Shown here piece after piece: positions 52,344 through 64,000 of a DNA stretch of 64,000 bases; position 1 is the first letter of the stretch; each line of letters starts with the position of its first letter. Origin of the DNA: Phoronis australis (taxonomy: Eukaryota; Animalia; Phoronida); assembly GCA_002633005.1 (NCBI GenBank), contig NMRA01000024.1:1080583-1144582 (forward strand). Reading direction: 5' to 3'. Below the pieces are notes generated by a model that worked only from the letters and a program-made list of their open reading frames with translations, ran no database searches and was not told the DNA's origin. The position numbers and the translations under genes were made by a program.

Positions 52344-53813
52344 CCTCTTAGTAGTAATTATTCTGTTATATAGGGCCGATATGCAATTAGGAAGTTATTA
52401 ATAGGGAATCGCTGCTCTCTTATGTGTCCATCGTGATTGGGTTAATGTTTTAATGTGATCTTAAATAATTGTGCGATGAAGGTGTGGATCCATTATACAA
52501 CAGTAGTAATAGAAAAGTGGCCAGTCATTGAGGTCAAGGTCATCTGGTCCCCTCCCCATGTGGATCCCATGACATCTGCGATGGTTATAATGTGATGCAT
52601 TAGAAAAGAATTATTTGCCCACTTTTGGAGCAGCCTGTTTGTGTATAGTGAGGATGTCGGTCTGTGATTTCCTCTGAGTACACCAAGATTGTGTTGGAAG
52701 AGTTGGGGCTGCAAGGTCTTGGCTAATTTCTTGGGACTAGGGAATGTAACCCTAGACAGTAGAGTGTGACTGTGTTGTCTGTTAGCAAGTGATCACCACT
52801 GTTATAAATTTGTCCTTTACATGTCAGTATTGAGAGACTATTGTTGGTGTGTAGTTCTAATATATGTATATGTATACCTTTTTCCTCTTATGGACATTCT
52901 TAAAATGTTATCTCTGTTTAGTGCGTGTGTGTTATTTTTTACCGGTGATGTACTATCTTTAGAATTCGGCATTGAGATCTCTCTAATCTGTAAATGAGGG
53001 TTAGAAACTTCTTGGAATTCCATTAGGCATGTTAGCTCATCTTGCCCCGGTTAAATGTTAAGAGGGATATTCACCATGACATAATCCAGAAATTTTGAAA
53101 TTTGTGGATTCATTTGTTTTAGTAAAAACACCAAACACAATGGACTTAAAATCCAAATCTGTGTTCAGTGTTGGTATCTTGTTTTACTATCCACTGCAGC
53201 ATGATCTCCCTCTCAGAACACTGTCAGCCATTTTGTAGATATTTTTCCTAAACTTACCTGGCCAGTAACACCAATAGTTCTAGAGAATACAATCTTCTAT
53301 TTTGTCAGCATGCCTATAGCTATTTGGATAGAGATTATTATTTTGTATTGCTGGGACTGTTACTAGAAATTGCTTTCTACCCTTCTTTGGCTAAATTAGG
53401 GCCAGTAATCCACCTCTTAAAGCAGTGACTAGATGTTTTAGATCGTGGTTTCCATTTAAATGAGTATTTGAAGCTTTATCTGTAGCCTTTCATGCAAGAG
53501 CGATTTTAATCTATGTTTTACTGCGTCAGAATTTAATTTCTCTGATGTGGCAAATTGACGAAATTTACTTTCACTGACTGTTAAGCTAGTTTTCCAATCA
53601 TGAAAAACCTCATTGTTTCCATAATTCAGGTCCAGACATGGTGCATTGTAGCGCGAGGGAAGGTTCTTAGCTGGACGTCGTCTCAATTTTTTTTCTGTTG
53701 TTTGTTGCATATATGAACCTCAGTTGTTGGCCAATTTCGGTGCGTAGTAATGATTATTTTTTCCGAAGTTACTCATTTGTTTTCCTGTTAAAGGTATTTA
53801 TTTAGTGGGAGAC

Positions 53814-53821
53814 CTACCTCA
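53814..53821 (+). promoter_or_regulatory. let-7 family 8mer target site
   Basis: CTACCTCA within the predicted 3'UTR. Confidence 0.55.
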
Positions 53822-54124
53822 AATTGTGCGCTGAATATGCGTGAAGCATGGTGGAATAGGGTGTTGTGCGATCGGACATCGGTGGTTATATTTATCTCTC
53901 GGTTTAACATCTAAAGACGAATATTGGTTTGTTCGGTAGTTCTATGTCATGTTTTAACGTGTTAATTGATTATTTAAAAAGTAGTGTGTGAATCTTCTCG
54001 TCATTATAGTTAGACCATAACGTTATCATCGGCCCGGGGTTCGGTTTCGAAAGCGAATGAACGCTGGTACCATTTCGTCGGTAAAACGGGTATATCTGAT
54101 TGCTCAATTTTAGTATACACCAGC

Positions 54125-54132
54125 TGTAAATA
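54125..54132 (+). promoter_or_regulatory. Pumilio response element
   Basis: TGTAAATA matches UGUAHAUA; a further TGTATATA lies at 56037-56044. Confidence 0.35.
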
Positions 54133-54246
54133 CGCGCTTCTATGCTCCGAGATGTAACAGATACATTCGGCTTTCCATTGAATCCTGGGAATCGGGTGAA
54201 AACATTTGACTTATTGATTGGTTATTATGTCATAATTATTATTATT

Positions 54247-54252
54247 AATAAA
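54247..54252 (+). terminator. Candidate polyadenylation signal
   Basis: AATAAA with downstream GT/T-rich sequence. Confidence 0.5.
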
Positions 54253-56646
54253 GGTAACTTTGTCAGATATCCACACTTGTTCTCTTTGGGTAATGTTTTC
54301 TTGTACTATTGTTTCACGCCTGTGGGTCCTGTTTTTTCTAAGGTCTTAAGTGTCAGTGATCAACGGAGGAAGACGTGACCCGAAGTTTAAATGATACCAC
54401 TAGGCTTATATGTGACAAAATATGTTACCTCTAAAAATTTGCAACCAGTTTGGCGTGTCTAGGATATTTGCCCGTATTAGTCGCTGAAGCATGGCGCAGA
54501 AGTTAGCGCTTGTGCAGCCGATTGGTCCCAGATAGAGACTATCATGAACACACCTTAAATTTTTAGAGCAAATTATTGTGAAGTTACGTTATCACGTGTC
54601 TGTCCTTTTGTCTGGTGTTTTTATCCAGATTACCAAGTCAGTAAGTCAGTCTGCGTTGAATTCTTGATATTAATGAAAATATATTTGGGCCTTTTCTTGG
54701 AACGTTCCTGATTTAGGTACCCAGTCTAAAATATTTCATTGATAAGGCTCGGTTGTCAGTTACATTATATTATTTGGAAATGCCATTAGTAGAATTAAAA
54801 CCACATCAGTGAGTAAACAAAGTGCACGGTAGATTTAGATTAGTGGAATCGCTATCACTGGAACTGCTTCATGAGAAGGACACTGATGCCTTCGAGCCCG
54901 ACTGACTGACTAACTGGGAAGCTTCAAAGTTTTACAACCATAAAAAGTGATGAGATGTGGCTATACCGTGAAAGAAACTTCTGATACAGACCAAAACCTC
55001 TGAGCCTGGAAGTAGTCTTGTGGAGAAAAGTCATAAACGCAAGACCGTTAACGAAATCTGCCCCGACAATATGCGTACCTGTATCACCGACAGTAAAAGG
55101 CAAAGGATCCCCACACAGTTTTGAAACAATGTATTGAATTTTCCAGGCAGTGGCCCCATGATCAATTCCCCCGCACCAAACCCGCTCATTGCTCTATTTC
55201 AGTGAGATTTGGTGCCTGTTTCATACGTTTTGTCTAGTCGAGGCGTGTACGGAAATCGCATTCTCGTTAGCGAAAAAAGCAGATGAGGTCATTTCAATCT
55301 TAGTTTTGATAACATGAAAAAAGCGTTGGACAAAACGAACCCAGTGAGGAACCTTAAGAGACATTCTTGGATGGTGAAAGCCAACTGCTGGCGGCACCTG
55401 ATGGTTTGACCAACTGTTTGTTAGAAATCAACTCACATGATATGACGTTTCTTTTTGCTCCTAATCTAAGGCGTGAGAATAACGCAAGGCTCAAATGCGA
55501 TAAAATGCCCCCTTGTGCAATATTTTATGTAACGTGTTGCTTTTGACTTGCAGCGCCTATGTCAAGTGCGTGTAATTTTGTTGTCGAGATGATAGGAGCG
55601 TGAACAAAAGAGTAAATGTTCTTTGTCGAGCTGTAAAATGTATTTCGCTTTACAAGGAGTTAAACATTCCTTTTTTGAATGTCAGATGGTAACTGTATCG
55701 CACGCATTAGCCTAAGTTAGAGAGGGTAAGGTATTCGATTCAGTGCCGCTGTTTTAGTTTCAGGTAACGGAGTGTATGTCGAAATTTTGGTTTATTTGAA
55801 ATAAGTACAGACGAAAAGAGGGGAGATGATGCAAAAGTGTATAATACACTGAAAAGGGTTCATTTCAGGGTCGAGAATGCAAGTGATTGATCTCGCGGTA
55901 TTACAAAAGGACCATTCCATGTACGGGTACAGAACATGCAATATACGTCTTCAGAAGGCCAGAGACAAAATAAACGCGGCGTAACGTTGGACAGCGTACA
56001 AAACAAAAACCTGCTTTGTTACGGCACTTTGCTTTATGTATATAAAAACGGCTTATCTACATTGTGCGTTCTCGTGAATGGACATTTTGCATTACGTGTG
56101 GATTGTTAAAGCCTATCATTGTGCATTTATTTTGAGTAAAACAAGAAAGAGTTGGAAGGGTAAGTGGGTCTAAGTCAATAAAAAACTGAATTGCGACAAC
56201 GATTACGTGAAAAAGAGACAATGTACAGGGCTAGAATTTTCACAAGAACGCCAATGCGCTCATGAGGTTCAAACTACGGAAGAACATTACGGTTCCATTC
56301 ATCGGAAGACCGCACCTTGAAATTGGTTTGGGAGGTATTTCTAGTCTTAGTACATGATTATTAATGTCGATTGTTATTATGATACCTTGGTCAAATGAAC
56401 TTTCTCCTCCAAGTCAAAACAAAAAATGTTTCTTGTTCGCACACTAAGCCTACCGGTCGCATTTAGAATCTGAATAGCGTAGAATTTTCTCACAATACAT
56501 GTCTCGTGAATTGCTCGAAGTCTATTGTTTTGCGTTTTAAAAAATTATGAGTAAGGTGTCGTTGTGGCGGTCGTTTCTAATTGTTTTGGTTTGCGAAGCC
56601 ATAGCGTTGCTGTCTCGGTGTTTCTGATTTTTTTCTTTTGTGAATT

Positions 56647-58521
56647 GGGAGCGTTCACATATTACGTCATCACTCGACGGAAGGAGGATGAGGGGGTTTG
56701 GAACGATGACGATTTATGACAGGGGAAGGGGGTTAGACTCATGGTGACATCATCAAGTGATTATCTCCGTCACAGCACAGGTTGGGAAACTGGTTCACCT
56801 TCTAGCGGAATAAACTAATTCCAAAACAGGGACCTGCTGTTCCACGCTTTGATTTGATGATAATTTAACTAGGCTTACCTTATAAACATGTGCACAGACA
56901 AACAACAGCCCACTCCATCACTACATTTCACAGTAACGAAGAGCATTAGGCCATGGTCAGAACGTCCAGCGACAGTCGTGGTCGTGACGTTTTGCAGGGG
57001 TTGAGATTTACATTGTGAACTTGTTACGCATATATGCAGTGTTGCGACTGATTTTTCTCATTATTAAACATGCCAAAGTTGTTTTCATACTATACCTCAG
57101 TTTCATTGTTAAATCTCAAGTTTTATTTTCCGGATTGCCGATTCAGTAGAGAGTGGTCACAGGGTAAAAGAAGTCGGTAGTGTTGTGAATTTACAAGCTA
57201 AGCAAAGCGCCCCCACTGTTTCACTGCAAGGGGTGCTTTTAGTATCCTAAAATGACCATTTCATGGCTCGAACCCGTCCGAAATTGGGAAGGCGTCGTCT
57301 CTCTATTACAAAACTAGTTGCCAAAACTCACGACAATCCACAAAGGGACACCAAAAATACAAACACAACTGCTAAATTTAATAATGATCATTTGAGCAGT
57401 TTGGCGGATAAAGCGGCTGCCACTAAAAACGGATTTGAAATAATAAAAAAGGCCAGTAGGTGGCGCAGAATATGTCGAATCTGTCCGACAATGTTGTCTC
57501 TTTAACAGAAACCTATTTGCCAAATTTCCCGAAAATCCACCAGTAACTCAAATAACACAGGCAAACGTAAAAAATATAAAATTGCTTTACACTAGGGGAC
57601 ACAGCTGTAGTCTGATTGGTCTGAAACTCGTCGTCATCTGTTGCCAGCTCAATAGAAACATCGGTCAAATTTTAAAAAGATCCTCCAGATACAGCTAAGG
57701 ATGCAAAAAACAACATTGTCAATAGGGAGCGCCACAACAGTAAAACCCGTCCGAAAATCAACATCAGTTGTGGTCTTCTGTTAAGAAACAAGTGTTCATA
57801 ATGATCTTTTGAATTGCTTATCAAATAGACAAAAACGTACTAAAAATTGAAATGGACACCAGGTGGTACCAAAGACGTTAGAAACCCAGTTGCCAGATTT
57901 CATGAAAACTCACGAAGGAACTCAAAAAATACAGAGGCAAACACAAAAACTAATTAAAAGTTGCCACTAGGGGGCAGAGCGATAGCCGGATCGACCCGAA
58001 ATTCGTCGTCGTCTGGTTTATAGATACACACAATGAGCTATATGTAATTTATCTCATTGGATACACATCTGCCAAATCTCATTAAGATCCTGCAGGGCAT
58101 TTACAAGTTACAAGCAGCGGACGTCGGACATAGATGACGGCCATATGCACCCACATATAAATATGTGGACTCATACAATGCCCACCCTTATTAAAACATT
58201 TTGTTTTCTCCACCCAGCCTCACTCTTTCACGTAGTTAGGTACGAAAAAGTGGTTGAGAGTTGAAATGGCGTACTTTACTTCATTGGTGAATGCAAGAGT
58301 GCCAAATACAACTTACCACATCAGTTTGTCATTAGAGTCGTAAAGACGGAATCTCCAACGAGCTGTCAGTTCCCCCAAAAATAAGGAGGGGGTTTGGCTG
58401 TGTTGGTGTAATTATAGACTGAACGGGGGTTATATCATGATGACGCTGGTGACCACAGAGAGGCGGGGAGTGGGGGTTAAAAATTGAAAAATTTTGGAGG
58501 ATGTAATATGTGAACGCTCTC
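56647..58521. mobile_element. Tourist/Harbinger-like MITE halves (56647-~56755 and ~58380-58521) separated by ~1.6 kb of other sequence
   Basis: Inverted termini GGGAGCGTTCACATATTACGTC / GATGTAATATGTGAACGCTCTC with G-rich internal parts. Could instead be two truncated copies. Confidence 0.55.
57280..58175 (-). mobile_element. Second, inverted copy of the HINE-like tandem-array element
   Basis: Terminal hairpin TATGCACCCACATAT-AA-ATATGTGGACTCATA; reverse-complement homology to 30596-31200; motifs CCAGTAGGTGGCGC and GCCACTAGGGGGCAG. Confidence 0.7.
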
Positions 58522-58904
58522 ATAGATCATTTTATACGCCACTCGGCGTGTGCCAATTTTTCTCTGGTTCGTGCCGCTCCTGGGATTTTCCGATGATTGC
58601 TATCGAATTAATTGAGATTTTGCGCCGTATCTCTGGCATCCCTTGACTGATCTGTTTGGAATTCGGTATGCAAATAGAGTCGTTTTAAGCGCTAAAAGCG
58701 ATTTTTCGCTACGATTTCCCGTACTTCAGTTATTTGAGACTTACTGCTTAGGCGAGTGTTCTTTTATCGAGTTATTTTCAGCGTCACTTTGTTGGCCTAC
58801 CATATTCGTGCTAGACTAAGATCGCTTTTTTCGTCTTATCGACATAAAATTTACATACAGAGTTGCGTGCAGTGTTTAAGGAGTCAACAGGTCGCAAAGT
58901 AGCG

Positions 58905-59050
58905 TCTTTTTCCCCACCCTGTTTTAGATTTTCCAGCCTTTTTAGGTGTTCTCATTCTTTTTTAGAATCCCTCCCTTTTTAACTGAAAGATTTTCCTGAC
59001 TCTTAAGATTTTCAGCCCGTTGTTTAGATTTTCCCAACAGAAACTATCTC
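58905..59050. repeat. Degenerate ~20-bp minisatellite (AGATTTTCYCRCCYTTTTTA-like), resuming at ~60676-60815 after the LINE
   Basis: Similar AGATTTTC...CTTTTT units lie on both sides of the LINE fragment. Confidence 0.55.
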
Positions 59051-59469
59051 TTTTTATCAACAGTTCCCCTATTTAGAGTGTCGACTTGGGCCTTGCACAG
59101 AGATATCATCACCAGGAAATTACTAAAGAAAATGACGTACTAAAACATCTAGGTAAATTTCTTAATGTCAGCACTCTTGAGACACTTCACCATTCTGTAA
59201 TTCAGTCTCATGTTGATTATTGTTTACCGGTTTGGGGACATACCAGCGAGCACTTGTTAGCAAAGTCCAAGTAATCCAAAATAGCCACCAGGGCTATCCT
59301 GGGTACTAGAACTAGGGACACCAGGGTCGACCACTTGTACTCCAAGCTTAGATTTATGAAAGTAAAACAAAGAAATATCTCTCTGCCTGTTCCATGTACA
59401 GATGTGTCAATGGCTTGGCGCAAACATATCTCAGCAGCAAATTCAGTAGCCAGCAGTCAAGCTATATGC

Positions 59470-59760
59470 TTATTCATTTATTTATTAATGTAATATTTAC
59501 AATGCCCCATCAGTTCACACTGCTTTCCATGAGGGTCCTCAGTAAAAACAAACATATAGTAAGACAAAACAGAATTGCAAAATGAAAGACAATATTTAAA
59601 TAATAAGCAAAGAATAAGAAATTAACACGGAAAGATTGGTGAAACAAAATGAAATATGATAGATAGAAGATAAAGAAATTAAGACAAGATAATTAACTAA
59701 AATATAAATATAAATAATTAAAAACAGACAATAATTAATAAAAGTAAGACATATAAATAT
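59470..59760 (-). mobile_element. Antisense 3' end of a related LINE nested in the first LINE
   Basis: CACTGCTTTCCATGAGGGTCCTC resembles CACTGCTTTCCAAGAGGGCCTTC at ~16406; a (TTTA)-type tail lies at ~59472-59487. Confidence 0.55.
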
Positions 59761-59797
59761 GTACGTGTGTATACACATGTACTCTTACACACACACA

Positions 59798-59937
59798 CAT
59801 GGGCGGCGCACCATAGGGGGCTATAGCCCCACTTTTTCCAGTTTTACGCTGCACATAGTCTGTAGGTGGTGCCCCACAGGGGGGCTGAGGGGGCTTTAGG
59901 CCCCCCCCCCACTGTTTTCAGTGCTGCGCCGCCCATG
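59798..59937. mobile_element. 140-bp hAT-like MITE inserted in a CA microsatellite
   Basis: Perfect 13-bp TIR CATGGGCGGCGCA / TGCGCCGCCCATG; ACACAC flanks on both sides. Confidence 0.85.
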
Positions 59938-60175
59938 ACACACATACATAAGCACATACATACATAAACATACATACATACATACATACATACATACATA
60001 CATACATACATACATACATACATACATACATACATACATACCTACCTACCTACCTATCTACATACATACATACATACATACGTACGTACGTACGTACATA
60101 CATACATACGTACGTACGTACATACATACACATGATTTAAACAACTACACACACACACATACATATATGTACACA
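59938..60175. repeat. Compound (TACA)n/(TACC)n/(TACG)n microsatellite
   Basis: Directly visible tetranucleotide runs. Confidence 0.95.
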
Positions 60176-61784
60176 TGAATACACGTTCTTCCGTTACTGG
60201 TAATGTATCTTTTAAAAAAGTAAAACGAGACCGGGAAGAGATTTTTCATTCACGCTGCTGCTGCAATACGGAACTCTCTTAGCCCAGAAATTAAATGGTC
60301 CGATTCAATTAATACTTTCAAACTTAATATTAAAAAGTGGATGTTATTTACTTAGTAATACCCATTTTTACACCCTACCTGTCTTAATTATGTCATTTTT
60401 CATTACCGTAAATACTCTCACTATTTAGTATCATCTCTTTATTTATTTCATCTCTCTTAGTCAAATTTTCTTCATCCTTCGTCATTTATTTATTATCTAA
60501 ATTCTCAACCTGTTTTAATTGTATATTTGTTACATGTATTTAATTATTGTTTCACCACTTTATTGTTTTATATTTTGTTGTTGAGAGCTCTCTTGGAAAG
60601 CAGTGCTGTCACTGAAGAGGCCACCGTGACCTTCATTTTAAACATTACCATAAATAAATAAAATTATAAATAAATCCTTTTTAAAGATTTTCTCGCCTTT
60701 TTCGCATTCCATCGTCATTTTGAAGGATTTTACCGACTTTTTCAAAGTTTTCCCGCCCTTTTAAAAGGATTTCTTGTCTTTTTGAGATTTTCTCACCTTT
60801 TTAACGATTTTTTCCGGGGAATTTTAAGTTAAATATATCTCCTACGTAAGAATGCAATTCAACTAAATATGAATGTCTTTGAAGCAGATGGTTTTATGCT
60901 AGAGTTCTTCGTTAATACGTCGACCACAGGTCGAGTTCAGGGCCGAAAGGTGGACTTCTAACCAATTTTATTATCTTTCAAATGCTGCAATGTTTTGTTG
61001 AGCGGTCACAGAAAGTAAGACGAACCTTTTAAAGGAAAAATGGCAGTCAAACACAAAAGACCACATGCCAACAGACTTGCAAATGGAAGCGTAACGGTTA
61101 TAAACTGCTTGGCTATGCTCTAGCCATGCACACCACGCAGGTTACTTTAATTCCCAGGCTCCAAGACAAGTCATGCAGCATTGTGGGTAAACGGAAAACA
61201 AAACAAGAAACAAACACAGGTACACGCCTGTACCCAGAGGAGGTGAGACGGGTGCGAACTCACCTCTCACTCTGGGATTTGGGGCACGCCTTAGCACAGC
61301 CGAACCAAATTCATATTGCCTGCAAATTTTCAATTTCCTCAGTAATGCCTTTTTATTTTGCCAAAAAATTGTTTTTGCTGAAAATGAAAGATTGCCAGCT
61401 GTCCGTAAAAAAATCGTAAATATTTCTAACAAATACATATTGTTAAATTGTTACGAATCATTGCGGATTCTTACGAGCAATTTTCGATTGGTTACGCGTG
61501 AAATAATCCGTGAATGTGAAGACGGCATTAAAATCAAAGCCAAAAAGCCACGCACCGTAAGAAACCACCTTGAACACTGCGACTAATCACATCCAAAAAA
61601 TTGGATATTTTACTTTATTATGTTCATTTCCAGTGATCAATTGTTTTGGCCAATGACGATGCACAATAAAAGCAGCCATAACGTCGCGTGAGTTCATTCT
61701 TAGCTAATCTTCGTAAATGTGAATAGGGACCCTATGGGTTTCATTTAGTGCATTATAATGATTTCTTTACATTACACTGCCCCC

Positions 61785-61945
61785 CAGGGGCGGATCCAGG
61801 ATTTTGAGTTGGGGGGGGGGGCCACAGCAGAGTATTAGCTAGGATTTTGCCCGTCAGACATTCGCAGCCCCCAACTGCCACATGGAAGCTGCGTGAATTT
61901 TAGGGAGGGCCATTGCCCCCTTGGCCCCCTCTAAATCCGTCACTG
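61785..61945. mobile_element. 161-bp hAT-like MITE
   Basis: Ends CAGGGGCGGATCCAG ... CTAAATCCGTCACTG; flanks CTGCCCCC / CACCCCCC may be a degenerate 8-bp TSD; homologous to 12473-12799. Confidence 0.8.
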
Positions 61946-62808
61946 CACCCCCCTTATGTAAGTCCCCTGGTCACGGGCTCGATTTAAGGCTCCGACTGTC
62001 CATGTACTGAGTAGCGTAATATTCTCCTTCGAAAAGATTTAATGAAGGTTATTGTAGGACCATAATGACAAGTCTGCGTATTTGGTCTGAGTATCTACAA
62101 AATTAAAGAAATATATATTTCCAAAAGTAGAAAGTCTGCAGAATTTTGTTTTTAAGTTTTTACTACACTGCCAATAATTGGGTCACGTAAACACGTCTTT
62201 TTAGTAAAATTTAGCACAAAGGAAGATACGTTGATAACAAACCAACGGTATCAATAACATGATCAAATTTTATTTGATAGAAAATTCTCATTATAGCCCA
62301 AAAGCTTTGTTATATTCTTCTAAAATACCATTTTGATTTCGTTTTCTGCGACTTAACATTTTTTCATGAAAATCGTAAAAGTCTTATTTTTGATAGCATT
62401 CATGAAAATTCATAACATTTTAATAGCAATTCCTAATACCGTTTTGGCGACCGGTGTATAAAACATTTCATCTGAAAGTTTCATATGAATCTGATGAGCC
62501 GAGATTTGGATTTCATTCTATGTAATCTCAATAATATATTAAAATTTTTAATGCGGGAGGATGCGGACTGTGTGTGCATGTTTTTGTTTGTCCTGTTAGT
62601 GGCAGTAGATTACGTTTATTAAGTTTTTATTAACATTGGTAGTGTAAATTGTAACCCACAGAAACTGCTCATGTGGGTTCTCACAGACAATATTTGTTTT
62701 CAAGAGATTATGTAAGTGCATACCTTCCTTATTGATTTGACTGACATGCTCAGGCCTCAATCACCCATCCGTCAGGCATACGCTAGAGTTCTGTTCTGGG
62801 ATGAAGTA

Positions 62809-62960
62809 CAGTGGCGGATCTACGTTTTCAGTAAGGGGGGGGGACTGTTTAGGGTTCCCGCAAAAGTCGAATCCGTGGCGCCGAGCGGGTGAAGGGAGGT
62901 TGGGAGGGGGGGTAAACCCCCCCATGCATCCTGGTACGTTTCTGGCACTTAACATGTCCC
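62809..62960. mobile_element. hAT-like MITE fragment (CAGTGGCGGATCTAC end); another such end begins at 63966 and runs off the window
   Basis: Identical 16-mer CAGTGGCGGATCTACG at 62809 and 63966, each followed by G-runs. Confidence 0.6.
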
Positions 62961-64000
62961 TGGAGTTTTTTTAAGATAATTAAAAACCCTTCTCGATTTC
63001 GTTACATGAACTTGGCTCATAAGTTTCGTGCACATCTGGGTATGAGTCACACCACCAGCAAAAAATTTTGTTGGAACATCTGCTTACACAAACCTTTTTA
63101 GCATACGAAAAAGTGTGGTGTGTATACAGGGGTTTAGACAACAACCAAATATTCAAGAGTATAAGGAGCATCGACGGGGCGTAAAAACTTGAATATCAGA
63201 TGATCGCAACAGCCTCAAGCTGTTTAAGAACGAAAACCTGTACTGCTAGTCCGGAAATAAACATGTGTTCTGTCTCGTTTACGAGAAAAACTGGCGAACG
63301 ATGGTGCTCTCAGCTCATACTTAGTCTATTATTAAAAGCGACAATAAACAATTAAGTATCACTTTATTAAGCTGAATCACGTTGACAACAATTGAAAAAC
63401 GTCAAATGTTTCAGAAAACAAATCATCTGAAAACAGTTTCACGAAACCAAAACATTCTGTATACCGTGGTGAAAAGATATATCGGAAGCAGTTCGCAGAG
63501 GGACCAGATGTACACTGAGAGTACACAAAATCTCTAGTCTGGTCCATCACGAGACCAAAAGTACACCTGTGCTTATTATCCCTATAAAAATAGTCGATCT
63601 GTCGCGGGACCAAACAGTACTTGCTGAGATAAATAGTTATACAAAGCACACTTTGGTAAAAAAAAAACATCACAAGACTAGTTCGCCGAGGGGCCAGAAG
63701 TAGGTCTACACTGAAACTCGATGTCTACAAAAATCAAGCTGGCCTGGTCCGTCGCGAGACCTAGAGCTTACTCACTGCAAAAAATTTTGAATTGAAAATT
63801 TCTCTCTAGACACTTTTTAATCCCCAGTGGTCTCTCAAACGTGTAGTTTACACATCTGGTGGTCAACTGCTGCGAAAGGTTGTCTAGGAAGTGTTTTCGC
63901 ACCGTACTGTAGTACTCACTGGAAGAAACAAGTATTGAGTACAGATTTAACTACGCACTACGTGACAGTGGCGGATCTACGGGGGGGGGGGGTTCAGGGG

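Larger units (their letters stand above)
52288..54275 (+). other. hb: Predicted hunchback 3'UTR (shorter form)
   Basis: Runs from the TGATGA stop to the first AATAAA I found (54247-54252), which is followed by GT/T-rich sequence. It may extend to AATAAA at 55969 or ~56177. Confidence 0.55.
59086..60675 (+). mobile_element. Decayed 5'-truncated CR1/L2-clade LINE (ORF2 C-terminus, 3'UTR, (TAAA)n tail) interrupted by nested insertions
   Basis: Peptides TLETLHHSVIQSHVDYCLPVWG, MYRCVNGLAQTYLSSKF and, at ~60256-60355, AAAIRNSLSPEIKWSDSINTFKLNIKKWML* resemble post-RT motifs (DYCxxVW; MYKxxNxLxPxYL; WNSLP...FK). Stops and frameshifts are present. A 3' stem-loop precedes the TAAATAAATA tail. Confidence 0.85.

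Noticed and set aside
53641-53651. GTGCATTGTAG matching the 5' half of miR-33; likewise TCCCTGAGAC (~34028, miR-125-like) and TATTGCACTT (~36628, miR-92-like)
   Set aside because: Matches end after 10-11 nt and no pre-miRNA hairpin is evident; no miRNA gene is called.
59844-60035. MYVCMYVC repeat ORF
   Set aside because: Translation of the (TACA)n microsatellite.

Overview
AT-rich eukaryotic (invertebrate, probably protostome/spiralian) genomic window. The only supportable protein-coding gene is a three-coding-exon hunchback orthologue on the + strand: join 47638..48253, 48697..48929, 50422..52287 (2715 nt, 904 aa). It has nine C2H2 fingers in a 2+4+1+2 arrangement, a PLDLT CtBP-type motif and a basic box. 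About 47 kb upstream is non-coding: probably 5'UTR intron(s) and regulatory DNA, mixed with MITEs, LINE fragments and microsatellites. Notable observations are: (1) two copies of a Helentron/HINE-like repeat flank the gene in opposite orientation, each carrying an array of CTCF-like motifs at ~140-bp spacing; (2) the putative 3'UTR has let-7 sites, with miR-100 and miR-92 8mers further downstream; (3) an in-frame ATG-TAA start-stop lies 18 nt upstream of the start codon; (4) there is a perfect 78-bp nested palindrome; (5) there are Penelope-type minimal hammerhead remnants. All calls were made by eye with no database searches; repeat boundaries are approximate unless TIRs/TSDs are quoted.
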